DNA of 63,530 nt from assembly GCA_034780895.1 (NCBI GenBank), contig JAUZTB010000107.1, forward strand, positions 84,054,210-84,117,739, in the 5' to 3' direction. Position numbers and translations under genes: made by a program. Below, piece by piece: positions 1 to 12,515 of this stretch (position 1 is the first letter of the stretch; each line of letters starts with the position of its first letter). The notes under the pieces were generated by a model that was not told the DNA's origin, did not search any database, and saw nothing but the letters and a program-made list of their open reading frames with translations. This DNA comes from Rhynchobatus australiae (lineage: Eukaryota).

Positions 1-298
1 TTCTAGTATTTCTAAATGCATCATCAGTGGCATATAACAAATGGAAACAGTGGAAAGGTGCTTTGACAGTGGGAAGGTCCTGTCAGAAGGCAATCTTCAG
101 ATCCACACATGTGGTCTTAGTTTCAGCCACCTGCAGCCTAGTCACTGCTCATGGCCCACTCCACCCTATGACAGGATGTCAAGGATCATAAGGGTCACAA
201 AAGCTAAGCGCAAGTGTGGAGCAAGCATGGGGGTGGGGGCAAACACAAAGCTTTGGTCCAGATCCAGCAAGATCCAGTCCATTGTATTACTGGGAATT

Positions 299-985
299 TA
301 CATAAGAACATAAGAAACAGATCAAGATCAGACCATTTGGCTTCATACACCTGCTCCACCATTCAATTAGATCATGGTTAATCATTTACCTCAGTGACAC
401 ATTCCTGCACTAATCCCACATTCCCTGATTTACTTAATATTTAAAAACCTATTGATATCCGTCTGGAATATAAACAGTGACTGAGCCTCTGCAGTCCCCT
501 TGGGTGAGAACTCCAATGATTCACTACCCTGTGGGCAAAGAAATTTCTTATCACAGTCCTGTGTGGCCAACCCCTTATTCCAGGACCAGAATCTTTGGTT
601 CTATACACAAGGGAATCATCAATTTCGATGTGATTACCTCTCATTCTTCAAAACTCTGGAGAGTACAGACCCAGTCGGCTTAATTCCACCCCCCACCCCC
701 CCATCCGCCCCCAATTAGAACAAACCATCCAAGCCAGGAATCTTTGAAGATTTCCCTAAATCACAAGTATAACTTTCTCTAAGTAGGGAGACCAGACCCA
801 AGTACAGTATTCCAAATGCAGCCTCGTCAAGGAGTATTTAACTAAATCAAGACACCCCTGCTCTTCCACTCAAATTCTCTTCCAATAAAGGCCAACTCAA
901 TGTTTGCCTTCCTGATTGCTTGTAACCGTATGCTTACTTTCAGTGATTCATATACAAGGACACCCACTGTAAAACTCTCATTCTC
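299..985 (-). mobile_element. CR1-type LINE, 5'-truncated 3' fragment
   Basis: Minus-strand translation RNFFAHRVVNHWSS matches the CR1 ORF2 C-terminal motif RNFFSQRVVNLWNSLP. The plus strand begins with CATAAGAACATAAGAA, the reverse complement of the CR1 microsatellite-like tail. Frameshifted. Confidence 0.85.
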
Positions 986-1327
986 TACAACATACACCAC
1001 CTTTGTTTTTTTCAATCAAAGGCAATAATTTAATAATTTTTTTCAGACACAAATGTGATTTTTTTTTAAGTTTTGTCTAATTCGATTAAATGTTATAATA
1101 AATCAATCTGAATACACCTCAGGACTGTGAATTTGTGTCTACATTTAGGGCAAATTACATTCCTTGTAACAGAAATAAGAAACAGAAGTTGCTGGCTTGC
1201 TGAAAAGCCATGCCTTGCCTTACCTAAAATAAAAAGCTGCTCATGGCTGTCAGTTGATGAACATCTCAGCAGCTAAATGCTGGACAAAGCACTTCCCGTT
1301 CATTTTAGCACATTCTGTGACTTGATG

Positions 1328-1465
1328 AGCAGAGTCACTGAAGGATCTAGACCCAAAACATCAACTCTCCATTTCCCTGTACAGATGCTACCTGACCCAA
1401 TAAGTTCATCCAGCAGCTTGTTTTTTTTGCTCCAGATTTCAGCATCTGCAGTCGCTTCTTTCTCC
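1328..1465. mobile_element. Short non-autonomous repeat related to the Penelope-like element end (GAAGGGTC..CCCGAAACGT..TCCAGCATCTGC family)
   Basis: Shares its motif chain with 25247-25350, 34095-34212 and 34472-34605. Confidence 0.65.
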
Positions 1466-1698
1466 TGATGTCTTCCAGTCAGGTGTCCCAAAGGCAGCAG
1501 ATTATAGCTNNNNNNNNNNNNNNNNNNNNNNNNNNNNNNNNNNNNNNNNNNNNNNNNNNNNNNNNNNNNNNNNNNNNNNNNNNNNNNNNNNNNNNNNNNN
1601 NNNNNNNNNTTTTTTTTGCTCCAGATTTCAGCATCTGCAGTCGCTTCTGTCTCCTGATGTCTTCCAGTCAGGTGTCCCAAAGGCAGCAGATTATAGCT
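1421..1698. repeat. 89-bp direct duplication flanking a 100-N gap (probable assembly overlap)
   Basis: 1421-1509 equals 1610-1698 except for one substitution (1460 T vs 1649 G). The gap is 1510-1609. Confidence 0.9.
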
Positions 1699-2224
1699 CC
1701 GATTAATGTGCTTTATCAACTACTTCATTAAGCTGTCCAAAGATAAGGGTGCATGCACCCTCATGCCTCTCTGTTTATGTCCCTGACTACATTAAGAGTT
1801 TTCAGTTTAGCTTGGGTTGTTATATAATGTACCTCTTTCATGCATTGAATTTCATCTGTTCATTTGGTCCAGTTAATAAAAAATATAACAAAGGAGCACA
1901 AAATGAGATTTTTTCATCACTTCCCTGTGAACAGGACCATTCAGCACAGAGCTACTTTCTTCCACTAAATGATCTTAATACCACATTGTTTGTGGTTAAA
2001 CCAGTGAAATCATTTGCACTTTGACATTTTATTGGTGACTATAAATAAATTCCCTTGAAGCACACCTGGTCAAAATATCATTTTGTAGGGGGAGGGAACA
2101 GGCGCATATGGGGGTGGAGTGTAAGCAATGGGGATTGAACAGGATGGGAGCAACTCACAAAATAGTCCCATTGTAGTTCCAAAGTTGTGCCAGTCTACCG
2201 CATGCTATTCCTCCATCGCCCCTA

Positions 2225-2580
2225 TGCTTGCTGGACTACAGGCTCCTAATTGAGCAAGGTCCTACTTTTAGAATTCTCAACTCCATTTTCAAATTTCTCA
2301 AAGGGCTCCTTTTTTCTGAAATGTCCTCCAGCCCTTCAGGCATTCAAGATATCTGTGTTCTTCAGTTCTGGTCACTTGATCATGCTTCACAATTGGGAGA
2401 TGCGCCCCTTTACTGCTCTTTCTTCTTTTAAGGCACTACTCAAAACTTAGCCCTTTGATCAAGCCCTCATATCTTCCTACGTGACTCAATAACATAATTT
2501 AATTTGATAATGCTCATTTGAATTGCATTGGAACACTTAGCTTCCTTAAAGGAGCTTACTGAGTACAAGTTATTGTTGTT
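2225..2580 (+). mobile_element. L2-type LINE 3' end, degraded
   Basis: LDYRLLIEQGPTFRILNSIFKFLKGL resembles the L2 C-terminus LHWLP..RI.FKIL..VFK.L.GL. It ends in a TGTTGTT tail. Confidence 0.6.
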
Positions 2581-3809
2581 ATGCAATGCAACATTGTTGT
2601 ACTGATCTCCTGTAACACAGGCCTTGATGCAACAGAAGTACAGTTAGCAGTTCTGTGGAGAAGGAACAGCCAACAACATTGCATTATCTTCCTGGTTTCC
2701 ACATATACACATTACAAAATGGAAGGCAGGAATGCACAAGAAGTCAGATGCCTCTGGCTCTGCTGGTGCACGGAGTCTGGAGACAGAATCCTTTCATCCC
2801 TGCTGAGGGTGGTCAAATGCACTTCATATCTGGCTCCTCAGCTCTATAGTTGTTTTGTGCTTCATGACCTGATTCATTGAAAAGACAAGTAAAGATAAGT
2901 GGTTTGATTTTATTTACTTACTTTTAATGTTTTAATGAAAATTTATAATAATTAAAACTGTTTTTTTATTTTTTAGTATGTAATTTTTAACATTACTTAA
3001 CTGTTTTTTAAAATTTTCTAAATGCTGTTGGTTATCAGTAACATTTAGAAATCATTGTAAGGCCTTTGATAGCAGTGAGTTGTCAAAGGCCGTTCAAGCT
3101 GCACAACCTGAGGCATAGTCAACACTTGTGCTTTGCAGGATGGACACAATGGGCAAATTGGGACTGATTTTGTGCTGTGTGGCTGCAAGAAGTTAGATAA
3201 CACAGGGAGAGTGGATGCATGGCTATTTACTTGGTGAGTTTTCTTTGGCACATGGATGTTAACAGTGGTTTTCTGGTGCTCTTATAATCCATACTTAATG
3301 ACTGAAGAATAAACAGAATTGTGTATGTACAGGAAAGATTGGTTCCATTAGCAACCATCAGCCACTACAAAAGCTCTTACATTTTACTACTTTCTGGTTG
3401 ATTCTCTTACTTTCCTGCAAGAAATCAGTTTCCTGAATAAAAATAATTACCACAGCAAACTAACTTTAGTGCAAAATTCTGTTGCTTGCTGTCATTGTGA
3501 AGATGAAACTTAAAGAGTTGTGAAATAAATCAGCTTTCTTGTTATTTTGAGTTGCAATCTGAGGTTAACTAGCTGCCTGGTAAGAGATCTTTACATTAGA
3601 ACATAGATTTTGTTTTAAATTATATCATCCGTGCAAATTACAGGTGTCGTATTTGCAAGGACTGACCCCCCCCCCCAATGGCTCTGCATATTTGTCTAGT
3701 GTCAGTTTGACACAGTGGTAATGTTCTTATTTCTGAATCAATAAATAGTGAATATAAACCTCATGGTTTGCCTCACATATATAATCTACATTGAACTAAT
3801 GAGAGGGTG

Positions 3810-4265
3810 TAGGAACCTAGGAACAGGACTTGGCCACCTAATCCCATGAATCTGTTCTACTATTCAATGAGGTCATGGTGAGTTTGTGACCCACCTCCAT
3901 AAACAAACTTTGATATCTTTTGTTAACAAGAAGCAACCACTTTTAGAATAAAATTATTAATTGACTCAGCATCAATTGTAATTTATAGAGGAAAATTCCA
4001 AACTTCTATTACATTTGCATCGAAAAGATTTTCCTAATTTCTGAAACATTTGCTTCCAATGTTAAGCTCTGTTCTGTTATCCTAGACTGTCCAACCAATG
4101 GAAATGGTTTTTAACAACAAAGCTCATTAGTTCCTCTTAATGTCCTGAAAACTTTTGCAAAAGACCTTGTAAGTTTCTAAATTTCATGGATTAAAATCTT
4201 AATTTTTGAAATCTGTTCTCATAATTCAGTCTTTGCAGTCCATTATCATTTAGATAATTTACCTC
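3810..4265 (-). mobile_element. CR1-type LINE 3' fragment, old and degraded
   Basis: Begins AGGAACCTAGGAACAGGA..GGCCA..CCATTCAAT-like, colinear with the other minus-strand CR1 ends at 299, 11873 and 20508. Confidence 0.65.
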
Positions 4266-4267
4266 CA

Positions 4268-4663
4268 AAGTCCTTGGAGGACCTATCCTTGCGGTTAGGT
4301 TTGCTTGGGTGGTTTGGGAGGGTTTAAACTAATCAGTGAGGGGGGAGGGACCCGGAGGAGTAGGTCAGGGGAAGNNNNNNNNNNNNNNNNNNNNNNNNNN
4401 NNNNNNNNNNNNNNNNNNNNNNNNNNNNNNNNNNNNNNNNNNNNNNNNNNNNNNNNNNNNNNNNNNNNNNNNNNGGGTGGTGGTGGAGGCAGATACGTTG
4501 GACAGGTTCAAGAGGTTGTTGGATAGGCATATGGAGGAGTGTGGGATAGAGCGATATGTGGGAGGAAAGGGTTAGATAGTGTGAGGTGTGGTTTGATGGA
4601 CGGTACAAACACGGTGGGCCGAAGGGCCTGTATTGTGCTGTATTGTTCTACGGTTCTATGGTC
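4268..4663 (+). mobile_element. Young CR1 LINE: end of ORF1, gap, then 3' end
   Basis: 4282-4332 encodes PILAVRFAWVVWEGLN*, like the CR1 ORF1 esterase terminus (NILAGRFA..V.EGLN*). After the gap come VVEADTLDRFKRLLDRHM (ORF2 C-terminus) and the 3' tail GGGCCGAAGGGCCTGT...GTTCTATG. Confidence 0.85.
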
Positions 4664-5784
4664 CTTCCAGAAAGTCCCATATTATCAGCTGGAAAGCCTA
4701 CTAAACATCATCTGCCCACAGATCCAGTCAAAGAAAAGAAAGGAACATAAAAATATATTCTTTGTGCTGAATTCTTATGACAGGATTGTGTATTTGCTGT
4801 AGTCTGCTTCTGAAATTTGATTCCATTGAATGTAACTGAATTTCAACAAAGTACTAAATGCACCTATTACTTCCTTCAGAATTAGCACATACAGTACTTA
4901 GTGAATACCACAAGCTTTTATCTGTGAGGGACATGGACACTGACTTCCTGTGGATAAGAAAAAGCGTGGATACAGCTAAGGTTGCCAGCAATGACCCCAA
5001 GGTTGCAATGACATACAGCGGTCAACTCCTCCATTTGCATTTTTCAGTTTGTCGACACAAGCGCAGTTTGCTTTTGATTTACTGCATCCATACAGGGAGA
5101 AGGTTGACTGGATTCCAACTTCTCTGACCACCCCTGTCAGCTGGTAGCCAGTGGCTATCACTGAAACAACAAACAGCAGAGTTGCCAGCATAACTACCAA
5201 CATCCCCGAACCCGGCTGCAAACCTATCCGCATTCCCAACCTCTGCAATTCCCGATCCCAAGCCCAGCACAAACCACATTCCCGGCCCATAATCTGAACC
5301 TCAGTTCCAGTCACAATACTAGCCATATATCAATCTCATTGCTATTTTAAATTGACTACTAAAACACTGGTGATTACAGGATTTGGAGAGTCATATACAT
5401 AGAAATAGGCTGCAAGTCAGATGTAAATTTACATCTGGCTGGCCCTGTCTTCAGATGCACACTTATTACTGATATTTTGCTACTTTCCAGCACAAGACAT
5501 CGAATACAATCAATCTCAAGACAAACAGGATTCATCCCATACCACACAAGAGGGGTCTGGAGGTACACATGATATTTACCAACATTTCTGGTGATATATG
5601 GCCGACCTCAGCAGCATGCAGGTCCATGGATAGCAAGTCAGTGGATCGTGAGGATGACATGTAAAGAACTGAGGACTGATTTCTACCCCATACATCTACC
5701 ATCCCCACCCTCACAACCTAAACCCTGGTCTCTTCCCCCACTGACACCCTTCACCCTTCAAATAATTCTTCAAAGCATATTAGC

Positions 5785-5948
5785 GATTCACTTATTTGTT
5801 GATTATGGGACTATTTTGTGCACAGATTAGTTGCTACATTTTCCTAGTTAACAACAGTGACTCCATTTCAATGTAACATAATTAACTGTGAAGCACTTTG
5901 GGGCACATAATTTGTGGAAAAACACTAAAGAAAAGCACATTTATTCTC
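5785..5948 (+). mobile_element. DeuSINE/SacSINE-like 3' portion
   Basis: TTGTGCACAGATTAGTTGCTACATTTTCCT..ACAACAGTGACT..TGTGAAGCACTTTGGG parallels the 3' half of the copy at 14985-15392. Confidence 0.55.
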
Positions 5949-7744
5949 TCTAGCGACAAGTTTTCACTTTCAATCTTGAACTTGTGATTAATAGATTATT
6001 CTCACCTTGGAGAAAAGTGAAATCATTGGCTAAAGCAACTTTGTGTTATTGAGGGAAAAATTTCTCTCATTGTTCTTGTCTTGAATAGTTGCATGTTAGA
6101 TAGTTAGCTAAGGATAGGACTGGTTCTGGCTATGATGCTGTTGTGATTGATTAACCTGATAATTTATGTTGTCAGCTCTCACTCTTGGAAACATAACAGA
6201 CTTCCTGCACCAATTCCAGGAAGAAACCAGGCTGAAAACTAAATGTATAACAAAGGTAGACATCGCTCTGTAATAATAGCATGGAATTCTCTTAAATGTG
6301 TATCCATCTCCTAAATATATATTTTTTTAATTTGGTGTGGAAAGCAACAGAAAGTGAAAAAAAATTAATCAGTATTTGAATATGCAATAGCTTGTACAGA
6401 TCATGCCAGGAAATACTGCTGCTTTCATAATCACACATCCAATCTGTAAAAAGTTCCACAATTTTGCATTAAATATTTGTTGCTTATTTAAATTAGTGTT
6501 ATCACTTTCAAAAAGTTGAGAACAATCTGCATATTAATGTTAATTTGGGGTTGTCTTCAATAAAGTGGCCCTGGCTAATTATTGACTTCCACTGGGACTT
6601 ATTGTTTAAGGATCACAGATGGGTAAATTGCATGGGTTCTTGGTACTATTTGGCCTTTTCAGCTTTTGTTTATTCAGATGGAGGCATCCCACAGACTTGG
6701 GTGGGTCTCACTGTAATCAACTCCTTGTATGTTTCAGAGACGATAATGTAGATTTGAGGAGGTTTGAACCAAAGCGCTGAATTGTGACAGAGAGTGATTA
6801 ATCAGGTTCCTTTGGCGATGTGTGTTGTAAACTTGCTGGGTTGAGAATTTAACACAGTATGTTGCGTTCACTCCCAGACCTTAAATCCTTGTTGTCAAGG
6901 TAATGAAGTCTGGACAATTGTGTAACAATTGTAAATGAGTACAACAGAAATAAAAGTAAAAAAAAATGAAAGCAGTTCAACTTCAAAGACCACTGACAGA
7001 TTTTTTTCATTACATAATAAATCTCAGCTGCAGGCATTTATGGAGCAAATATGCTTTGTTACATCATATTCTAGTATTACCCTTTCATGCTACAGTAATA
7101 ATAAATATATCAGAAAATCATTGAATTAAGGAGCAGAAGTGAAAATATGACCACTGAGTTGAAAACTTGATTCAAGTTTCAATTACTTTTAATTAATTCA
7201 ATCTGTAAAGAGATGCTTACATAAGAAACAGTTAGCAAACATTCTGGCAATTGCAGATACTTACAAAATTTAAATAAAAGATCTTCCTGGTCTTGGTGTT
7301 ACTATAACATTTATTTAACCCTTTACATGTGTTGTGGTCAAATGTAAGTCGCAACCCACAAAACAGAAGCATGCCCACTAATTAAACTAGTGAGATGCAT
7401 ATGTACTTGCACGCTGGTGTTGACAATGCTATCAAATGGCTGTGATTAAAAACCAAATCTGCACAAACTAAATATAAACGATGCCTCTCAAATCTTGGAG
7501 GGTTAACTCCCCAGTCACCATGACAGGTAGAATTGGCATAAAACCCCCAAGACTGAGACTGCCATTAGCTCTCAACCCCTTTTTTCTGTGCGCATTCCTC
7601 TTATGATGGTCATTCAGTAATAACACAGTTTAATTATTTTAACCTTGTTGTGTTCAGCAAAGTACATTTTTGAGTTTCCAGTTTAGTCATTAGACTATAT
7701 ATGACATTAGGCTATGTCATGTATAGCCCAATATAGCTGGGAAT

Positions 7745-8660
7745 ATAACATTTGGTTTCCCCCCCTGGAAAAATTGTTGATATGGATGAGGAATAGTTGG
7801 GATCCAAGTACCAGTCCCTGTGGTACATCATTAACCACAGCCAGCCAACCTGCGGAAGATTAGTTCATTCTTACACTTTAATTTCTGTACAATAACCAAC
7901 TTACAATCCATGTCAGTATGTTACTCACAATTCCATGTGCTCTAACCTTGTTGACCATTCTCCTGTGGTACCTTATCAAAAGCTTTCCGACAATCCAAAA
8001 GCACCCCAAACACTCGTTCCTCCTTATCTATTTTACTAATCGAAAACTCCAGTCAATTAATCAATTTTTTCCTTTCATAAATCCATGCTGACTCTTCTGA
8101 ATCCTATTATTGCAGGCTGCCCCCAGAACGCTCTTGGCAAAAGATGCATTTCACTTTGTGTTTCGACGTACATGTGACTAATGAAGATATCTTATCTTAC
8201 CTTATCTTATTCTTTTCAGTGTTGTGTTATCACATGCTTCACTATAGACTCCAACACTTTCCCCACCAGTGATGTTAGGTTTACAAGTTATTAGTTTCCT
8301 CCCTTCTTAAATAATGGCATCACATTTGATATCCTCTGATTTACAAGCAAAATTCTACATACATGTATATAGAATTTTGGAAGATGATAACCAAAGCATA
8401 CACTATCTCTATAGCCACTTGTTTCAAAATTCTGAGATATGTGGATCATCAGGTCTTTAAGATTTATCAGCTTTTATTCTGACCAGGTTATCTATTACTC
8501 TTTTTTAACGAAGTCTTATTTCCTTCACACTAGACCCTTTCACCGGTGTTTCTGGTAGGTGTTTTGTGTCTTCTTTCTGAAAGCAGTAACAAAGTAGTTG
8601 TTTAATTTGTCTACAATTTCCTTATTCCCCATGATACATTCCCCTGGCATATCTGTTAGG
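7745..8660 (-). mobile_element. CR1-type LINE reverse-transcriptase fragment, degraded, interrupted by a SINE tail
   Basis: The reverse strand retains the RT motifs LDCRKAFDKVP (about 7965-8000) and VPQGLVLGSQLFLI (about 7785-7830). Confidence 0.75.
8113..8210 (+). mobile_element. SINE 3' end with (TCTTA)n tail, inserted into a CR1 fragment
   Basis: GGCTGCCCCCAGAAC..GATGCATTTCAC..GTACATGTGACTAAT is nearly identical to the 3' part of the SINE at 19447-19722. Followed by ATCTTATCTTACCTTATCTTA. Confidence 0.8.
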
Positions 8661-10004
8661 GGCTGATATTTGCCCAAAGTGTGATGATCTCTTAAAGAAT
8701 GTTAGGCATAGAAATTCTTTCACAATGCACAAAGGCTTGTGCATGACATGAAGGAATTCAATCAAAAATTTATGCAAATGGATTCATTGGTTTAATTATG
8801 AATACTTGCTGTGTATTTTAAAATTTGTTCCAGGTCTTCCCTGCATATGACATACAAGCAGAGGGGTCCATTAGTGCAGAGTCATATCAAATGGTCTATA
8901 GTGTATGTATTAATATCTCTTGCACAAACTTCATTTGTACGTGCTAGGCCTGTGAATGGCAAGTATCACTGATACAGCAGAAGGCACTTACAAAACAGCT
9001 GAATCTGATCAAACTAAAGGGAACCAATTCCACCTGATTCATGACCAGTGAATGATTCCTCCTACTGCTAGGTCCCTTCCAAGATTCCTAGTTACCAAGT
9101 CGTCCCAATGTTATTCTCCTTCACTGTACAATCCCTAAAGTCATGAATGCACCCATAATTCCCCAACTCCAAGCTCCACCCCTTCCCTTTACTGCCTGAA
9201 TATCCAATCTATTGTATATATGACATGGGCCTCCTTGTAGGATTTTGNNNNNNNNNNNNNNNNNNNNNNNNNNNNNNNNNNNNNNNNNNNNNNNNNNNNN
9301 NNNNNNNNNNNNNNNNNNNNNNNNNNNNNNNNNNNNNNNNNNNNNNNNNNNNNNNNNNNNNNNNNNNNNNNNNNNNNNNNNNNNNNNNNNNNNNNNNNNN
9401 NNNNNNNNNNNNNNNNNNNNNNNNNNNNNNNNNNNNNNNNNNNNNNNNNNNNNNNNNNNNNNNNNNNNNNNNNNNNNNNNNNNNNNNNNNNNNNNNNNNN
9501 NNNNNNNNNNNNNNNNNNNNNNNNNNNNNNNNNNNNNNNNNNNNNNNNNNNNNNNNNNNNNNNNNNNNNNNNNNNNNNNNNNNNNNNNNNNNNNNNNNNN
9601 NNNGCATGTTCTAAAATAAATATTCTCCCCCACAATCAATGCAGTTAACATAGCTAAATACTTCTTGCTAATTCATAGGAGAGCTTACTATAGCAGCAGA
9701 AGTATATTGATGTAGTGTCTTTTTCATAGAAAGGTATCTTGAGATAACTTATATAGAAAAAAAGGAAAGCCTCTTCAAGAGTAGTAAGGTTATGGTGATC
9801 TGTGCATGCAAACCCATCTACTTTATTACGAAAAGAAATTGAGCATTAAGAATGTGTAATCCACTATCACATGAAATGACTGCAACAAGTAACAGTGAAA
9901 TAGTTATGGGAAGGCTTAATATTCAGATCCAGGAGAAAAAGTAGTAATGGAATATGGAAGCAAGATGCTAACAGGTATGTTTTAGGAAGTGATAGGCCAA
10001 GTAG

Positions 10005-10960
10005 CCAATGGCTTTCTTTGTGTGTGGTTGCATCAAGCTCTGCATGCAGAAACACCAAATGTTATTAAGTGCTGAGATTCTCTGTCTCTGGTGTTGGGAA
10101 GCATGTGCAGAACATTCCTTGCAGCTACACCATGCCAGCTTGATGAACTATTACAAGTGCTCTTTGGGGAAAGCCCACACCTCTCCTTCCTAGAACATTT
10201 TATCCAGAAGAACACATCTGACCACATGTCAATCAGGCTGTAGTCATCACAGAATTTCCTCAAAGCCCCTCAGGAAAACAAAATGAATCTTGTTAGATGG
10301 TTTGCTGAGAAGATTGTCAAAGTCATTTGGCAGAATGCTTCATGGACAGAATCACCAAGGTTTTGCTTGGTTGATGCTGAGATAGATCCACCCTGTCTCT
10401 TTCATTCACAGCAACTGATCCTGCCCTTGAAACAGTTCTGTAACTGTTCTGGAAAATGTATTCTGGAAAATGTATTGGGCAAAAAGATCTAGAAAGAGTT
10501 TCAGTGGTCTTTGTTGCGGTCTGCAGGACTCAGTGCTCTGCTGTCTCTTCCCAGGGACACCCACTGAAACAAATAACAACTGCTACTGGGAGACTATCAA
10601 TTTGCTTTGCTCAAAATTCCCTGGTCTTCCAGTTCAACATCTGTCTATGTCTGAATGCAACTGGCTGATCTCTAAGGTCCAGTGCTGCATGTTGAAGGAC
10701 ACACTGAAGCTTGATGTGACCACTGCAAAGGCTTTATGGGGAAAGATCACAGTCTGAGGCCCCCCACCCTACCACTGCACATTGAGGAGCTGGAACCTGT
10801 ATAAAAAACCCCTCAGGCTATTTGCTCAAAGAATATATATATAAATATAAAGTGATGTAATGTAAATGGAGTAATATAACAGACTAAAAATGGTGACGTG
10901 AACATTATGTATTGTTTATGTATTTTGTTAATTTTATGAATCAGGGAATATTTTGGAATA
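10005..10960 (+). mobile_element. Tx1-like L1 retrotransposon, ORF2 C-terminus plus 3' UTR, frameshifted
   Basis: Fragments MAFFVCGCIKLC, VKVIWQNAS, QDSVLCCLFPGTPTETNNNCYWETIN and SKVQCCMLKDTLKLDVTTAKALWGKITV* match the elasmobranch Tx1-like ORF2 end. The 3' end TTTTATGAAT..TATTTTGGAA is shared with the copy ending at 33211. Confidence 0.85.
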
Positions 10961-11872
10961 GAAGTGACATATTGAGTATAGAAACTGACATTGGGCTGAA
11001 GGTATTGCCATGCTATTGGCTTTTGTGTAAGAATAAACAATCAAAATTATAAGTCCTTTCCTATTAAATTAAAGATTTTAGTATTAAAATTATATTTTAA
11101 TAATATTATTTAATGTATGTAAGGAGGACACATAAACAGTACTAGTTTGAGATAGTTACTGAGAAAAATCTAAATAAATAGTAAATGGGTGTGACTTAAA
11201 TTCTAAAGAAAGCTGCCATGGGTACATCATCAGAAAGTCAATTGACATGTACCAGAACAGATTTATAGCCAAGGTCTTTTCTACAGGGATTAAAGGCTAG
11301 TGGGGCAGCAGGACGATGATAACATGGCTCAATGTGTGAATATTTTTATTTAGATGCGTTGGTGTGCTATTTTCTTTCTGCCTTTGAAGTTTTACTTAAA
11401 GTTTAAAAACTAGGTTTTTTTTAGTTGAGTCCTTTATTTCACTGTTTTTACTGATCTAAACTAACAATTTTCCAGTACTCTGAAACAGCCCCACTGAATA
11501 CAGTGGTCTGCTTTGAATAAGTACAAGTGGTAAGAAGTAATCTTCTACATTGTTCCACATTTTACATTAGGCCAATATAAGAGTCTTCTGGATCTCATGT
11601 CATATCTAAACAGGTAATAATTTATTCCTAATAGTTTATCAATCCTCATCACCACATTCTTTCTCAATATTGTGCTTATTAATCTAAGTTAAGATTGACA
11701 GCAGGAAATTTGCCTGCACGAATATTAAAACAATATCCAGTATTAAAACAATATTTACAACCCCACCAACACTACTTTTTTAAGAAAGACAAAATGCATT
11801 ATTACCAGTTCCAACCAGTAGAGTCTCCCATGTAATGTTATTCTGCTTTAGGAACAGTGAGCATTAGGGATC

Positions 11873-12515
11873 AAAACATAACCAAAGAAATAGAAGCAGG
11901 AATAGGCCATTCGCACTTGGTACCTGCTCCAACATTCAACAAGATCATTCTCTCTTGCACACCCTCTAACAACATCAAGAATCACTCCTACCACCCATCT
12001 ACATGAGAGGTAATTTACATTAGCCAATTAACCTACTGACCAGCACATCTTTGGGATGTGAGAGGAAACCAAAGCACCAGGAGAAACCCACATGGTCAGT
12101 GGAGAGAACAGGCAAACTCCACATAGACAGCACCAGAGATCAGGCTGAAATTTGGGTTGTTGGGACTGTGAGGCAGCAGCATCGCCTCCAATGCCACTGT
12201 GCTGCCATCATAGCTACATTTTACCTCAGCAACACTTTCCTAACCTAATCCCATTTATATTGATTTTCTTAATATCTCAAATTTATCAGTTTTTTTCTTG
12301 AGTAAGCTCAATAACTGAGTTCCCACACCACTCTAGGGTAGTAAATTCAAATGATTCACTTCCTCTGAGGAAAGAAATTTCTACTCATCCCTTGAATAGA
12401 CAAACCCTTATTTTGAGTCTTTGACCCCCAGTTCTAGATATCCCAGCCAGGGGAAACATCAGTTCTGTGTCTATCCTGTCAAGTAGCAAAAGCATTTTGT
12501 ATATTTCAGTCTTCT
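11873..12515 (-). mobile_element. CR1-type LINE 3' fragment with a nested SINE
   Basis: AAGAAATAGAAGCAGGAATAGGCCATTC start. It resumes after about 12210 with TTTTACCTCAGC..GAAGAAATTTCT, the reverse complement of the RNFF motif region. Confidence 0.75.
12005..12207 (-). mobile_element. tRNA-derived V-SINE, degraded
   Basis: TCTTTGGGATGTGAGAGGAAACC..GGAGAAACCCAC..CAAACTCCACA is the reverse complement of the V-SINE central domain. Confidence 0.75.

Noticed and set aside
4976-5326. 116-aa minus-strand ORF with a hydrophobic stretch
   Set aside because: No recognisable domain or splice context. Its length is explained by locally higher GC.
5491-5660. 170-nt plus-strand open frame after an acceptor-like site
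   Set aside because: The donor is weak (CAT|GTAAAG) and I recognise no homology.
8834-8902. 69-nt plus-strand exon candidate (VFPAYDIQAEGSISAESYQMVYS)
   Set aside because: Splice signals are plausible, but the peptide is unrecognised, two frames are open, and chance pseudo-exons of this quality are expected in 63 kb.
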